In this document: positions 16,413-30,500 of the stretch, piece after piece
Layout: each line of letters starts with the position of its first letter
Position numbering within the stretch: position 1 is the first letter of the stretch
DNA from: the human T2T-CHM13v2.0 reference genome, Homo sapiens
Direction: 5' to 3' (one strand)
Assembly: GCF_009914755.1 (NCBI RefSeq)
Contig: NC_060928.1
DNA length: 64,000 nucleotides
Notes under the pieces: generated by a model
What the model saw: the letters and a program-made list of their open reading frames with translations, nothing else
Database searches by the model: none
What the model was told of the DNA's origin: nothing
Translations under genes and position numbers: made by a program

Positions 16413-16714
16413 GGCTGGGTGCGGTAGCTCATGCCTATAATTCCAGCACTTTGAGAGGGCAAAGCAGGTAGATCACCTGAGGTCAGGAGTTCGGGACTAA
16501 CTTGGCCAATATGGTAAAACCCCATCTCTACTAAAAATACAAAAATTTTCTGGGTGTGGTGGTGCATGCCTGTAATCCCAGCTACTTGGGAGGCTGAGGC
16601 AAGAGAATCGCTTGAACCCGGGAGTCAGAGGTTGCAGTGAGCTGAGATGGTTTCATTGCACTCCAGCCTGGGCAACAAAATGGAGACTCTGTCTCAAAAT
16701 AAATAAATAAATAA
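16413..16714 (+). mobile_element. AluSx/Sq SINE
   Basis: Full dimer with a (TAAA)n tail; TSD aagaatcctata. Confidence 0.93.
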
Positions 16715-17169
16715 AAGAATCCTATATGTTAGGTTTATAGAGTCAGGATAATGTTTTCCAACCACCAAAACAAATTGACTATTGTAATTGCCCACAGTCA
16801 CTACTGAGAAGTGATCCATCTACAGGGTGACCCCCCTTGGGTCCTCTCCTTACCTAGCCTTACCAGCCTTCAAGTACATCCTGAATTCCATTGCAGAAAC
16901 ACTGCATACATGACTCACACCTAGTCAACCCAACAATTGTTGCACTGATTCCATTTTCAGAAATGTCAAAATCAGCCATTTCTTAATTTAGCAGTTTCAA
17001 AACACAAAATAAATGAGTCAGTTAAATATCAACATTATAAATAGACTTCAAAAGTGTGGTATAATAACTTCTGATGTTTCTAAATTTATTTGACAAAGTG
17101 ATAGTTATATAAAATTACTGTAGAAAATGACTATAGATTTGATATTTTGAAATTAGGGCTTAGAAATAA

Positions 17170-17523
<354 letters not shown>

Positions 17524-17964
17524 TAACTTTAAAACATTAAACATTGTGCATATTATCTTTTTCTTGCTAAAAATTAGGCATCAAAATATTTATTTTGTTT
17601 TGTTTTCTATTGGTTACATAAAATCTAAACTTTAACGTGGTAATTATTTTTTAATTCCTTATTTATGAGAGTTAGCAGATTTAAATAAAATATGGGATGG
17701 GAAAATGAATCACCAAGTTCATGCCTTGAGGCTGAAGTGCTTGTCCAGGAGCTGGGTAGACAAGCTGACAAAGGGTGGCGTGATGTCCTCAGACACACGC
17801 AGAAAACTATGAGAGTGTCAGACATAGAAGCCACCATCACCCTTAGCCCAGGACCTGGAGGAGGTGCACTGAGGGAATTATCAGAGGGCGCTCTCCTCTT
17901 TAGGGGTGTGAAAAACAGTAACTCTGTTTGTTTGGCTCTAGTAGCCCCTTCTAACTTGGTTTTC

Positions 17965-18617
17965 ATGGTGAAACCAGAGTGGCTTTTTTTCTAAAGCACA
18001 AATATGATATATTACTCCCTGGTTTAGCTTCCTTCAGTGGTCTCCAATGAAAACTTTTTCATATTCCATAATTAGACAGGGGCTCACATCTCTAGTCTCA
18101 TCTATTAGCACTTCTCTTCATCGTACTGTTTAAAAAAATTTTTTTAAGCCAACCAACCAAACAAGGAAGAAAACTGAGCTTTTCATTCCCCGATAGTGTT
18201 GCAATGTCTTGCTTCTGATCCTTCGGACATCCTATGCCCTTTGTATGAAACAGCTTCCCTCCAGCCTGTCCCCTACCCTGCCCTGCAACCAATATCTATA
18301 CACATTCCTGACTGCCTCCCCTTCACTTCCTATGCTTCCTTCGGGTCTGGATTCAGATTACGCTTTTGCCATAACGTCTTCCTGGAAACCAGCCCTTCTC
18401 AAGCTAGCTTAGTGCCTCTTCTCTGGGCTCTCATAGACCACTGTATTTCACCCTAGTGTAGCCTTTAGCATCCACATGGAGATTGCCTGTATATTTTTCT
18501 GTTTCTTTTTTGGATACATGTTTCATGTAGCCAGGGGTTGTTCCTTGTTCAGGATGGTAACCCAAGTTCCTAGCACAGTGCCTGACATAGAAGAAGAACC
18601 AAATAAATATTTGTTGC
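17965..18617 (+). mobile_element. L2 fragments including the 3' end
   Basis: ctaaagcacaaatatgat...ccttcagtgg; cctagcacagtgcctgacatag...aataaatatttgttg. Confidence 0.6.
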
Positions 18618-19529
18618 TTTAAACTGAGGATCATCAGATAAAAATAGAGAAAATTATATGTTTACACTATTATTATTATTATTATTATTGTCTGTCACAA
18701 GCTAATCACAAGCCTTTATAATAAAGTACACTGTTCTCATCTTTAATATCCAACATAAGCAAGTGTTACATTTGAGTTAGGGGTATTCCTCCTCTTGCTT
18801 TCTGAGGACCCTCTACTCTGGATTGGAGTAGTTTCTAATAAGCTATTTTAACTTTATTGTAAACTGTGACTCACCTTGAATTCTTTCTTACTACTGGAAA
18901 TGTTTACATTATTATAACTAGAGAGCTTCTGAATGCAGCCAGGAGAATCAGCGCTACTTGCAACTCTTTTTGCTTAGTCATCTGTTCTTTCAGTGTTGCT
19001 GAGTAGGGACAAAATGCCTCTAATATTCTAAAGATAAGGGACTGACACCATACCTTTCTCATGCCTGAGGACATAGTGAGTCATAACAGGATGCTAATGT
19101 TTTCTGGAAACACCATCTCTCTGTCCGCTTAAGCCTACTGTCATTTGCAATCAGCTGTGTCATCTCCAGATGTGTTTTTTAGCTTTAAGTCATCAACATA
19201 TAGCTTGAGTTGGGAAGCACATTTATGCTGTTGGGCTACCTGTTACTGGAACAAGTTATATTCAGGTAGTTATTTTGTGGTTGATCTCAGGGTTTGTTTT
19301 GACCCAAGCTTTAAGTAGTTGCAAAACTTAGAACTTCTCTGTGAGCGTGCATGTGGCAGATGTGTATAAGAGAAAGAGTGTGTGTGTATGAGACAGAAAG
19401 ACAGGACTACATATCCTTTCATGCAGAGAGGAAAAGATAACAGAAACGTATATGTTTTCTATCAAAATATATATGTTTTCTATCAAATAGGAAAAAGTAA
19501 TTTATTATCTTGAATTTAGGGTTACTTAG

Positions 19530-19860
19530 TGTGTTCTCATTTTCTATTGTTTCGTACAAACCACTCCAAAACATTTAGCTTAAAACAACATGTATTTTAC
19601 TCACCTGTATTTGGACAGACCACAAGCAGGGTCCTATATTTGATCCACTGCATGTCAAAGCTCAGTGACTTCAAGGCTGGGGCTTGAATCATCAGAAGCT
19701 CGCATTGTGCTCACCACACACAGGTAGTTATGTGGCCAGTATAACTTTACATGTGGCCTCTACAGGTGGCTTTCTCATAGAATGTTGAATGTATGCCAAG
19801 AACAAGCAGAGAGAAAGAGAGAGAGAGAGGCAAAGAGGCAAAAGCTATGTCGCTTTCAAA
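19530..19860 (-). mobile_element. MLT1F/G-like MaLR LTR fragment
   Basis: tttctattg...acaaaccactccaaaacatttagcttaaaacaaca...acatgtggcctct. Confidence 0.6.
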
Positions 19861-20960
19861 AAATTTTTTTTGAATGAACACTTGCAAACATGACTCTAAT
19901 TTATAAATTAGACAATAATTGCTTCTTCTTCTTCCTAAAATGTATTCTTTCTTGTAGCTTGATATGTCTCTAAGCTACATAAAATTTCTTATTATTGATA
20001 TTTTTAGGTCATAAGGAAATATATCTCGGTTTTCTCATTATTATAAAAATAAAGATATCAAAATCCACTTAAGATAACTTCTTATGATCTTACTTGAAGA
20101 TTATTTTGCCTGGGACATGAAGCAACATTCACTCATTCATTGTAACACAATATTTAGTGCATTTACCAAATTTTTGCATGTCCCACCATCTAAACCAAAG
20201 CATATCTTGATTCATTTTCTCCACTGACATGGAAATTTCAGATAATAAGAGACAAAGATATGCCTAAATCATTTTACTGCCCTTTATTTCCTGTAAAATA
20301 TTATTCTAAAAAATATTTAGGTAATAGCAATACTTGCTCCATTCCTTTTTCTGTAGGTAAAATTGTCCATTGGGTTCTAGCCCCTAGAGCTAATTATTCT
20401 ATTCCAGGATTGGGAATAGATGAGAAAAGTGTTACCCAAACTCACAGCTCAGTTTCTACAAGATCATTTCAAAGACTTGATACATGGAGAGAAAATGTAC
20501 TCACTTTTTTTTTAACCAATGTTTACTCAAGTTCTTTATTGAGAATATTGATTATAATTTCTGCTTTTTAAAAGCTAAGTAATCATTATCATGTTTTATT
20601 AAGCTGAAGAAGACTGTGCAAGATGAAACAAGATTATTTAATTAACAAGAAACAAGAGATTAAAATATCCATGCTTCTCATTCCTTTGTTCTTCACAAGA
20701 TTTGTTTTCACTCTGTTTCCCAGGTCCAGGAAAGGAGGATGAGAGCTGTGAGAAGCAATTTATTGTAATACTCTGCATCAGGGCTTCAGTATTTTTTTTC
20801 CCCCTACCATCTTTAAAGCTGCTAAGTTTTCTCCACAGAGTTAGGTCCCCTAGAGGCCAACAAAGACCTCAAGTAAGGGTTCAGATTGCTTAACAAAGTA
20901 CCATATTCTAAGGGTTTCAGTTTCTATGTTTCCTATTAAAAATAAAAAATAAAAAAGCTG

Positions 20961-21091
20961 TGCTGGGGACAATAGTTTATGCCTGCATGACCCAGTGCTT
21001 TGGGAGGCTGAGGCAGGAGGATGGTTTGAGACCAAGAGTTCAAGACCAGCCTGGGAAACAAAGCTAGACCCTGTTTCTACCAAAAAAAAAA
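20961..21091 (+). mobile_element. FLAM (free left Alu monomer)
   Basis: Single monomer gaggcaggaggatggtttgagaccaagagttcaagacc plus polyA; TSD aaaaaagct. Confidence 0.8.
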
Positions 21092-21189
21092 GCTAGCTAG
21101 ACACCAACTTAACAACCTCTCTCCTAAATTCCTAAATTTCTAGCAAGAGTTTGCCTGCCTTTATTGTCTTTACTTCCTGATTTAACATT

Positions 21190-22305
21190 CATTTCTTTGC
21201 CCACGTGGATCTGATTTCTGCCACCTTCACTCCATTGTCTGCTTTCCTCAGGATCACCAACAACCTCCTTGGGCACTCTCTGGGGTCAGGGCTTAAAAGA
21301 ACAGTGTTCTCTCATGGCTTCTGTTCCCATTTCTTTGCTGACAATGACCAGATTCATCATGGCAATTGAGACCATATCCCCATTCCCACCCCTGGCCCCT
21401 CAACTCCAGATCAGTGTAGTCACAGTCAACCAGACATATGTAAATGGTGGTTCCTAAAGAAATTCAAATTCAATTGGTTCCCTAACACATGCAGTCATAT
21501 CACCAACCACACATCCAGCCGAGTCAGAAATGTGGAAATCCTCCTTTCTCTCCCTTTGTCCATTACTTCCAATCGGTGATTAATCGGTTTTTCTTCTTCA
21601 ATATTTCCTGAGTTAATCTATGTCTTTCTTTTTATCTTCACTGCCATTAGTAAGGCCAGCCTATCATGATCTCTCACCTGACTTAGCGCTGTAGCTTTGT
21701 ACGTGATCGGCTTACCCCCCAGTCTCAGCCCCAAACCATTGGCTACTCTGCAACTAGGATTTCTTTTCTTTGACATATTAAAGGTTTTATTATATCCCTG
21801 CCCTTAGCCTTTCCAGAGTTACCATTGGTCCTCACAATAGACTCAACAAGTCTTAACTTGCTATAAAGGACCACAGGATACAACCCAAATACCTCCCTGG
21901 TCTCATCATATTCCATGCCCTCCAAAGCCACTTACCACGTAAAATTAGCTTCTCCAGACATATTGGATTGCTTCAATTTCCAAAAATGCATCATAATTTA
22001 TCTTACCAGGATTTCAAATGTGCTGCTTTCTTTGTCCTCCATATCCTACTCCTCCTTCAATTGGCTGAAATGTAGCCTTCTCAGGCTGGACTTCCCTGGC
22101 TCCCACCACTAAGTAAGCCACTCCCCACCCTGGGCTCCCATCACCCTGTGTTTGCCCCCATGCATAGCACTCTTAACACTGTTTTGATTACTTTGCTTGA
22201 TTATTTGTGTATCATCACTCTTAGTCTATGTATACCTTAAAGGCAAGGATGGTGTCTCATTCATTATTGAATCTCCAGTGCTTGTTAAGTATTTGCTGAC
22301 TGAAT
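21190..22305 (+). mobile_element. L2 LINE remnant
   Basis: ggatcaccaacaacctcct; tcatgatctctcacctgac; 3' end aaggcaaggatggtgtctcattcatt...gtatttgctgactgaat. Confidence 0.7.
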
Positions 22306-23494
22306 ACAAACAAGAGGATAGAATTTAAAAATTGATAAGGAGCTAAGTATATGAAAATGAAGTTAAGGTGCTTTGGTTATCCTGAGAAGCAGACCATATA
22401 ACTTCCATAAAGTTATTTATCTTACCACTTACAAAGGCTAGCTTAAAAAATTAATCTGCCATTGCTTAATTATTAAAGATGCCCAGAAACGTCATCTTGT
22501 TGAGAGTAGATGAATTCATCATAGTCATCCAGTGTCTAAATTACTTCTAAGAAGTTTAACAAAATAGTATTTATTTTCGTTGCTTGAGTGACACTAAATC
22601 AATACCTCCATGCACTAGGTGATCCTAAAAAATAAAAATGAAACTATTTAGGGGATAAACATGCAATTGTGCAGTGGCCTGAAATGCCCTTGATTTCACT
22701 AGGGCAAATGAAGAACCAAAAAGGGGTTCTCACAAGACGTTCTGGCTGGTGGCTTGGTGTAATGTCAGGCAATGCAACCCTGGAAAGCAGTAAAGACTTC
22801 GGTACATATCAAACCTCAGCTCCAAATGTGGACTTGATGGTTGTGCTCTAAGAGTTCTTTGCATCTGACCCATACCCTCCCTTCTCTCCATATGAAGTAC
22901 CTCTCACTTCATATATAGCCATGCACCAAGACCAACTTTAATCCTGCCAAGTACACTTGCTTCCAAGTTTCTAACAGTCTGTCTTTCTCCATACTGGAAT
23001 ATCCTCACCCTTTCTTCCTGCAAACTCTTGTTGTTTTAGAATCCCCTTTCCCATTCTTTATGATTTCGTATAAAGATCGTGCACTTTCCCAGCAGATGTG
23101 TTTCAGTCCTACTTCCTAATTATTAGCTCTGTGATCTCGCATAAACTCTGCAAACAAAATGGAGATTATACCAGTCTGATGGGTTAATGTGTAGATGTGC
23201 TTTCCTATATGCACAACACTCGGTTCATAGATAACTGATTGTTTCTCTCCGTTTGAAAATGCATCTGCTCTTAGGCCAACCTTACAGAACACAAATCATT
23301 TCAATTGTCCTAACAGGTCCAAAACCATGTGTATTCTAAACTGCCCATGGTGTATCTTTTTATCTGCTTCTCTGTTAAAGTAATTTTTGCCTTGATTCTG
23401 GATGTTAAATTACTCTTGTGCATTTGTCTGCAGTACCTAGCTTTTGCTATTGTCTGTTCTAAACTCCTGTGGTTCTTATGAACAGTGGCTGCAT

Positions 23495-23720
23495 GAGGCG
23501 TTTTATGGTTAGGAACATAGACTCTGGAACCGGACTACAGGCTGAAGTCTTGACTCCTCCTCTTGCTGCTGTGTGACCTCTGGCAATTTACCTAAATTCT
23601 CAATGTTTCAGTGTCCTCACATGTGAAATGGAGATAACAGAACTATTCTGAGGGTTCAGTGAGTTTATAGATGTTAAGCACTAAGAACAGTCTGATGCTT
23701 AGAGAGCACTATAATTATTA
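23495..23720 (+). mobile_element. MIR SINE
   Basis: ggttaggaacatagactctggaac...gctgtgtgacctctggcaattta...tcagtgtcctcacatgtgaaatggagataac. Confidence 0.8.
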
Positions 23721-24509
23721 TTGCACAATAATTATAAATAGTTATATTTTTGCACAATTGATGCCTTCAATATATTCTCTTGTTCTTTGACTACAAATAC
23801 CTCTCTAATATTCAGCAGTAATTCCTGCAGACAGGTACCATGGTCTAAACTTCTTTATTCTCCTAGAAGCACCTAGACTAGGACAAGTTGCATAGTAATT
23901 CAATAAATTGTGATTATGGTTTGATTTGTAACCTGGGTGTAATCGTTCACAAATTCAGAATACAAATATGCTTTCATCTCTTGACTGTGTTTTCAGTTAA
24001 TCAAGGCTCCTTCCACTTGCCTTCAGGGGTTTATGTGGTCCAGAATAGAGGCAGCTCCTCTTCCAAACACCAGGTGGTGTCTGCCACATGGCTACTCAGG
24101 TCCTGCGAACTCTGGTGGCTGCTACTACATCACTACAGGGATGTCCTGCTGGCTCTCAGATCTCTATCCAAGACATGATGGTGTCCATGTTGGACTCCAA
24201 GGTCAGATCTACATGCTCAGCCATTATTCTCCAGCATTTTACTCTGGCTGAGTCTAGAGGGGATTCCTGTTTGGAACGTGCCTTGTGTAAGAATCAGCCC
24301 TGGGCCATGAGCCTGGGGCCATCAGATTAGGTCATTGCACTTTCCCTTAAGGACTGAAAGATGTTCTTTTCTGCCCTCAGGTTCTGGTTAGGGCCGCTTT
24401 ATTCCACTAGGAAATGTTGCCCTAACTTCAAATTGCAATGAACAGAGTTGGGGGAGTGGAGAACTTCTGTGCTTTCCTTCCCAGAAGGGTTTTGGGCTTC
24501 CTATTCAAA

Positions 24510-24790
24510 TTTTTTTTTTAATTATTATACTTTAAGTTCTAGGATACATGTGCACAATGTGCAGGTTTGTTACATATGTATACGTGTGCCATGTTGGTGT
24601 GCTGCACCCATTAACTCATCATTTACATTAGGTATATCTCCTAATGCTATCCCTCCCGCCTCCCCCCACCCCACAACAGACCCCTGTGTGTGATGTTCTC
24701 CAACCTGTGTCCAAGTATTCTCTGCATGTTCTCACTCATAGGTGGGAACTGAACAATAAGAACACTTGGACACAGGATGGGGAACATCAC
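24510..24790 (-). mobile_element. Short L1PA4/5-like 3'-end insertion with a 5' inversion (twin priming)
   Basis: Minus-strand 3'UTR at 24510-24722, then a plus-strand L1 segment at 24723-24790; TSD ctattcaaattt at 24501 and 24790. Confidence 0.9.
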
Positions 24791-27244
24791 TATTCAAATT
24801 TATCCATCTCTAAGTTATGCACACCAAAGGGCAGGACCACATTTCAAAAAACAAAAACAAAATTACTTAGAAGTCAAAAGATTCTGGCTTACACCTTCCA
24901 AGGGCAAGGTGCATCTCTTGGCCATTCAGAATATTTTCAACCCTCCCTCCCTGCCACCTGCCATCAAAGAAGTTCTGATCAAGAGGGCTTGGTGGATCCC
25001 GGAGGGAGTAACCTAACTGGTAATTGTTGAGCCTCCTCTAAAGGTTATTTTTAACAACCACCATTTAAGAGGCATAATGGTTGTGATTCTTTCACACTTT
25101 TTCTCATTTACATTTCAATAATCACAAAAGTCCAGGAGAAATGGACCATGAAATGCTGAAAAGCAATGCATACAATTCTGGGCAAGCTGAACCTGGCAGG
25201 GACTGCCCCAGTTTTAATAGTGTGAAGTTAAAATGTAATTTTGCCTTGATTTTGGGTATTAAATTAGTCACGATTTATACAAATGACTATTGTGGGGGAA
25301 ATATGCAAAGCGAGTGTTCTGCCTCACATAGCTCTTCATCTAGGAGAGCCAGTCCAGTTCTTCACCAAAAAAAGACTCCAAACCACAATCACTCTATTCA
25401 CTTAGAAGAACTATAATTATTACTGTTGTTGTTGTTATTCATGTACTACACACCGCTGTTAAACTGCCCAAAACACACCGGAATTTCTGAACATAAGTAA
25501 GAAATGAGTTCACAACATTCCTGGTTTCATGACAGAGATAAGAAAAGTATGAAAAGACTCTTCTGTTTTCACTTGCATGCAAGAAAAAGCAGCAGTTTAC
25601 TTTCTTGTAGAAAGAAGGCTTTGATGGTAATACTGTACATGTACCTTTGTCCCTGTTAGTCATAGCTGAGATGGTTCTGAAGTTGTCTCTGGTTGTCACA
25701 TAATCATTTGTTCTTCCCATTCACATGCTTTCCTCCTCACTCCTCACATTAACATTGAGGTCAGATTTTATGGGAAGCCACCAGGTACTCTGAGGAAACT
25801 AAGAAAAGAGGAGGGGATGGTCTATGGGCTGTTAGATGGCAAGGTTAAGTCTGGAAACTCAAGGAGGGAACAAAACAGACCTCATCAGGCACTTCACATT
25901 CCCAGAACAGGGAGAGTATTATTAAGAAAATATACTAATGTATATCATTTCCTCCTATGAACCCTGTTCCTGGCAGCCTCCCACCTCCTAGGCTGAGTTC
26001 TGAGACCCCCTGTAGGAAAAAAAAGAGCAGATCCCTTCAAGAACAGGTCTTCCACCAACCTTGCATCTTGAAGGCAGCTTTCTCCCAACCACTGCAGGAC
26101 AACAGCACTGGAGCACAGTGTTTATCAAAATACAAAAGGATATGCTAACATACTAACTACTAAACATGTCAAAATCTTAGCCTGGCAGATCAGATCTTTC
26201 AGTTTTCTGTAAGAGAATTCCTTACCTGTAAGGGAAAAGAATGGGAAAATTTGCCCTTTCTAGTTTTGCTGGATTGTGGGAGGCAGATGGGCATCGAAGA
26301 CTGGAGACACACAAGAAGACACCACTATCTCTGCACAAAGGTTCTATCTCTGCATAAAGGTTCTGGATGCAGAAGTCATGGCAAATAACTTGAAGACAAT
26401 GCAAAGAGCAACACACCCACACACAAAGAAGGACTTTTGCATCTTTCTTGTTTGGGGATCCACAGCACATGCTGGGTGGCCAAATGGCCAGAGTGAAGGA
26501 TCTCAGAATAATTTTTTAGAGTCTCCATCCAACCCTATGTAGTATAAACATACTCAAAACATCTTCAGTTTCCTCAGGAGAAATGTAGAAAGTAGTCAGT
26601 GGTCCTGGCTGACCAGCTTAGGCAAAGGAAAAGTGTCACTATAGCACAGGTAAAATGCTCCTTATCCAAGGGCACATACAAGCTGAGGCTCAGGTAGGAG
26701 TTGCAGCCAGACCTCAGGAAGAGAAATGGACCCAGCAAAAGTTGAAGTAGGACCAAGTAAGGAGCCCTGAGAAAGCTGAGTTCATTTGCTGAAAAATTCA
26801 CCTTCATATGCCAATGGGTAGCACAGTAACCAGGCAAATAGGGACATTGTGTGACAGGGAGCTGAGGACTCTGCAAGAACTCGTGCAGAGATATGTAAGA
26901 CTCATCATTCCTCTGTTGCTATAAGATGATGCACACTCTCTGCTCCAACCATATACTGTTGGGGAGTCCATCTGTGTATGTGTTGGAGTCTATTTAGAGC
27001 ACTGGGGTGAGGAAAGAGGCAATGTCTGAATGACTGAGCATTATTCAAGACAATTTTTATATTATTAGGTCAAACTGGGGTTTCCAAACTGGACTAAATC
27101 TTTTCTCTCTACAGCTCAGATGAGGACTGATGAGAAAGATCAGATGAGTTCTGGAAAAAGAGAGAAATAATTATTTTGTTTGAACATCTGAATAAATCTG
27201 CATCTCTGATATACTTTTCTTTGAAAATTCCCAGAAGGCAGTTT

Positions 27245-27383
27245 CTATGTAAATGAAGAGAATGAAGTAAAATTACAAAGTCATTTACTCGCTGTATGCC
27301 CTATGGAGAGGATATTTCTTCTCATAACTGAAGTGTGAATCAGTCTTATGTTACCTGCCTCCAGACCCTATTTTCCTGCCTCA
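27245..27383 (-). mobile_element. MER61-like ERV1 LTR 5' fragment
   Basis: Reverse complement tgaggcaggaaaatagggtctggaggcaggtaacataagactgattcacacttcag...cctctccatagggcatac. Confidence 0.75.
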
Positions 27384-27614
27384 CTCCATTAGTTAAAATA
27401 ATCCAAAATCTTTTAAAAATTGTCTTTGGCCACTTTTCTGGTAGGAACTGATACCACAACTCTCATGTTTTGGGCTGATCCTACAAGGCAGGGAGGAAAC
27501 CTGGTGGAGCTGGTGGGACCATTGTTCCAGGCTCTCAATCTGTGCTGTCCACTGACGGCAGCCCATCTGCAACTTTAGTGCTGAGGGAAGTATTCCTGCT
27601 CCCTGCTGCTAGAT

Positions 27615-27829
<215 letters not shown>

Positions 27830-28373
27830 ACAGAATCCCTGATCCACCCTGGTTACATTACCATGCTGTGCTTTCTTTTTAGATTTCAATCTAAAATTTT
27901 ATTAAAATTAAAGTTTTAATAAAAATTTTACTCCTTTGGGCAGTTTTTATTTGACCTTGGCTGATTTACAAGGTAAAGGGAATAGACTACATACAGACCA
28001 ATTTTATCCTCATTTCTGTATATAGTTATTACAAAGTATAGAGGAGTTGACTCATGAAGAAAGCTCACATATTTGGAAAAGTATTGAAGGAAGGCTATGC
28101 CTAAGTAATTGCCTGGTTGTTACACTTTTCAGGTCTTCTTGTGTGTGTAAAATTGTTAAAATTTGATATGTCATTTTCTCCTTTTCCTTGTCCCATTAAT
28201 AAGCAATGAGTTTTCTTTTGAATCAGACGCTATGTGCAATTCAACATCACTATGTTACGTAATTTGAGATTGGTATTCATTTTTCTATTCCTCATTGACT
28301 CAAACATTTTTACTGAGCAGTAACTATGTTCTAGGCGTATGGTAGATAGTAGACCTGCAGTGGTCAACAATAA

Positions 28374-28692
<319 letters not shown>

Positions 28693-29394
28693 TAATCCCC
28701 AACTTTAAAAGGTTCACAGTTTGTGTAATAAGGAGAATATTCCAGAAACAATCATGAACATCCTGAATATCTCATTACAACTAAATGGTGAGACATTTGT
28801 AAGTAATGTACCAGCCTTCATTAAGTACCATCTATGTCCATAAACCAGTAATTTTCATTTTTGAAAACTTGTGCACACTGTTCAGAAGCTAGATCTGAAT
28901 CCTGCAATAAAACTCAAACTTCTAATTTTATGGATACTAGTGCAAATAATTCTGACTTAATCTATAAAAATTTTAAGATTACATGTAAGAAAAAGTTGTA
29001 GGCGCTAGGCATCAAAGAGGGTCAGGGAAGTTCCCCTAACATAGAATTGTCAAAGAAATAATCAAGATGACCATGATGCATGGCAAGAATGATCCATGAA
29101 AGTGATATCTACAATATAGTAGGAAGAACTTTGCGGAGCTCATCTTGCAGAAACGTCAATTTGAACAAGTATTTACGCATAACTATACAATCACAAGAGC
29201 TGAGGAGTCCAGGTGAGAGATTATAGCACCTGGATGTAGCACAGATGTAAGAAGAGATGCAATAAAGAGGGCAGAATGAACAGTGTCACATTACCCACAT
29301 CACCCCTTCCCCAAGCTTGCACAGTATTGCATTTATAGAGAAACCCTGTATATGGGAAAAGGCAGTGAGGGTGAAGCACCTGACTTTGCCATAG

Positions 29395-30500
29395 ATCCCA
29401 GCACCAGCCAAGTGAAACCAGGCTCCAGTTTGGCCCCCACAGTTCTAGGTTCCCGGCAGGCTCCCTACCCTAGACTTATCCTCTAGGGCTGCCCAACACC
29501 AGACTGGGCCCCACAGCTCAGGCTCCAGGCAGGCCCTCCAGATCCAGGTTTCAGGCCAGGATCTGTGGTCCCAGGCTTCTGGTCTACCCCAAAGCCAGGC
29601 AGGCCCCAGTAGGCCCAGGCCCAAGGCAAGCCCCTGCAGCCTCATGTTCTAGGTCCACTTAAGGCTTAAGACCTAGCCCCAGTGCCAGGCCAGTCCCCAG
29701 AGCCCCAGGCTTCAGGACCACCTCAGCCCCAGGTTAGCACCTGCTGACTCCAGCTTTAGGCTAGTCCTTGTGGCCCTGGGCACCAGGCAAGGACCTGGAG
29801 CATGACATTCCAGTGGACCTAGGGTCCAGGCCCACCTCTGTGGACCCAGTTTCCAGGTCTGCCCCAGGGCCCCAGGGCCCCAAGGCTCCAGGTCAGGCCT
29901 CACCAGTCTAGCCTCCAGGCCAGCACCCACAGACCCAGCTAGCTTCTAAGCTGGCCCCAACAGAGTAAGTCTCCAGGTATCTTCCCATGGTGCCCCAGAC
30001 ATGAAGCCAGTCCCCTTGAACCCAGGCTCCAGGCCCATCGTATGCCAGGCCAACCAAAGGCTCCATGCCAGTCCTCATGGTTCAAGGTTCCATGCCTACT
30101 CCAGTGGACTCAGGGTCCAGGACCACTCCAGCAAACCCTGGTGCTGGACCATCCCCTGTAGACCCAAGCTCCCGGCCAGCCCCTGTGGCTTCAGGCTTTA
30201 GACTCATCATGATAGACCAAAACACCAAGCTAATTCCAGTGCCAGGTTGGCCCCTGCGACTCAGGCTCAAGATCTACCTCAGCAGTAGGTCAGCCTCTTT
30301 GGACTCAGGCTCCAGGTTTGCCCCTGTGGACACAAATTTTATACCTGTCCCCACAGACCGAGGCCATAGCCATGCCCCTGAAGACCCAGTTGACAGGCTA
30401 ACCTCAGTGGACCCAAGTACCAGGCCTATACACCCAGTTGACAGGCTCACCTGCTGACCCAGGCACCAGCCAGCTCACAAGAGAATTCCAGACCCCACCA
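29395..30500 (+). repeat. Degenerate GC-rich tandem array (cccaggctccagg(c/t)c units) in the old L1 5'UTR
   Basis: Many variants of acccaggctccaggcc recur at roughly 25-30-nt spacing. Confidence 0.75.

Noticed and set aside
23888-24480. Overlapping ORFs as a possible processed pseudogene
   Set aside because: No recognisable protein, polyA or TSD; possibly an old LTR-internal remnant that I cannot assign.
26540-27210. Possible MamGyp-type LTR
   Set aside because: The resemblance is too weak to call without an HMM search.
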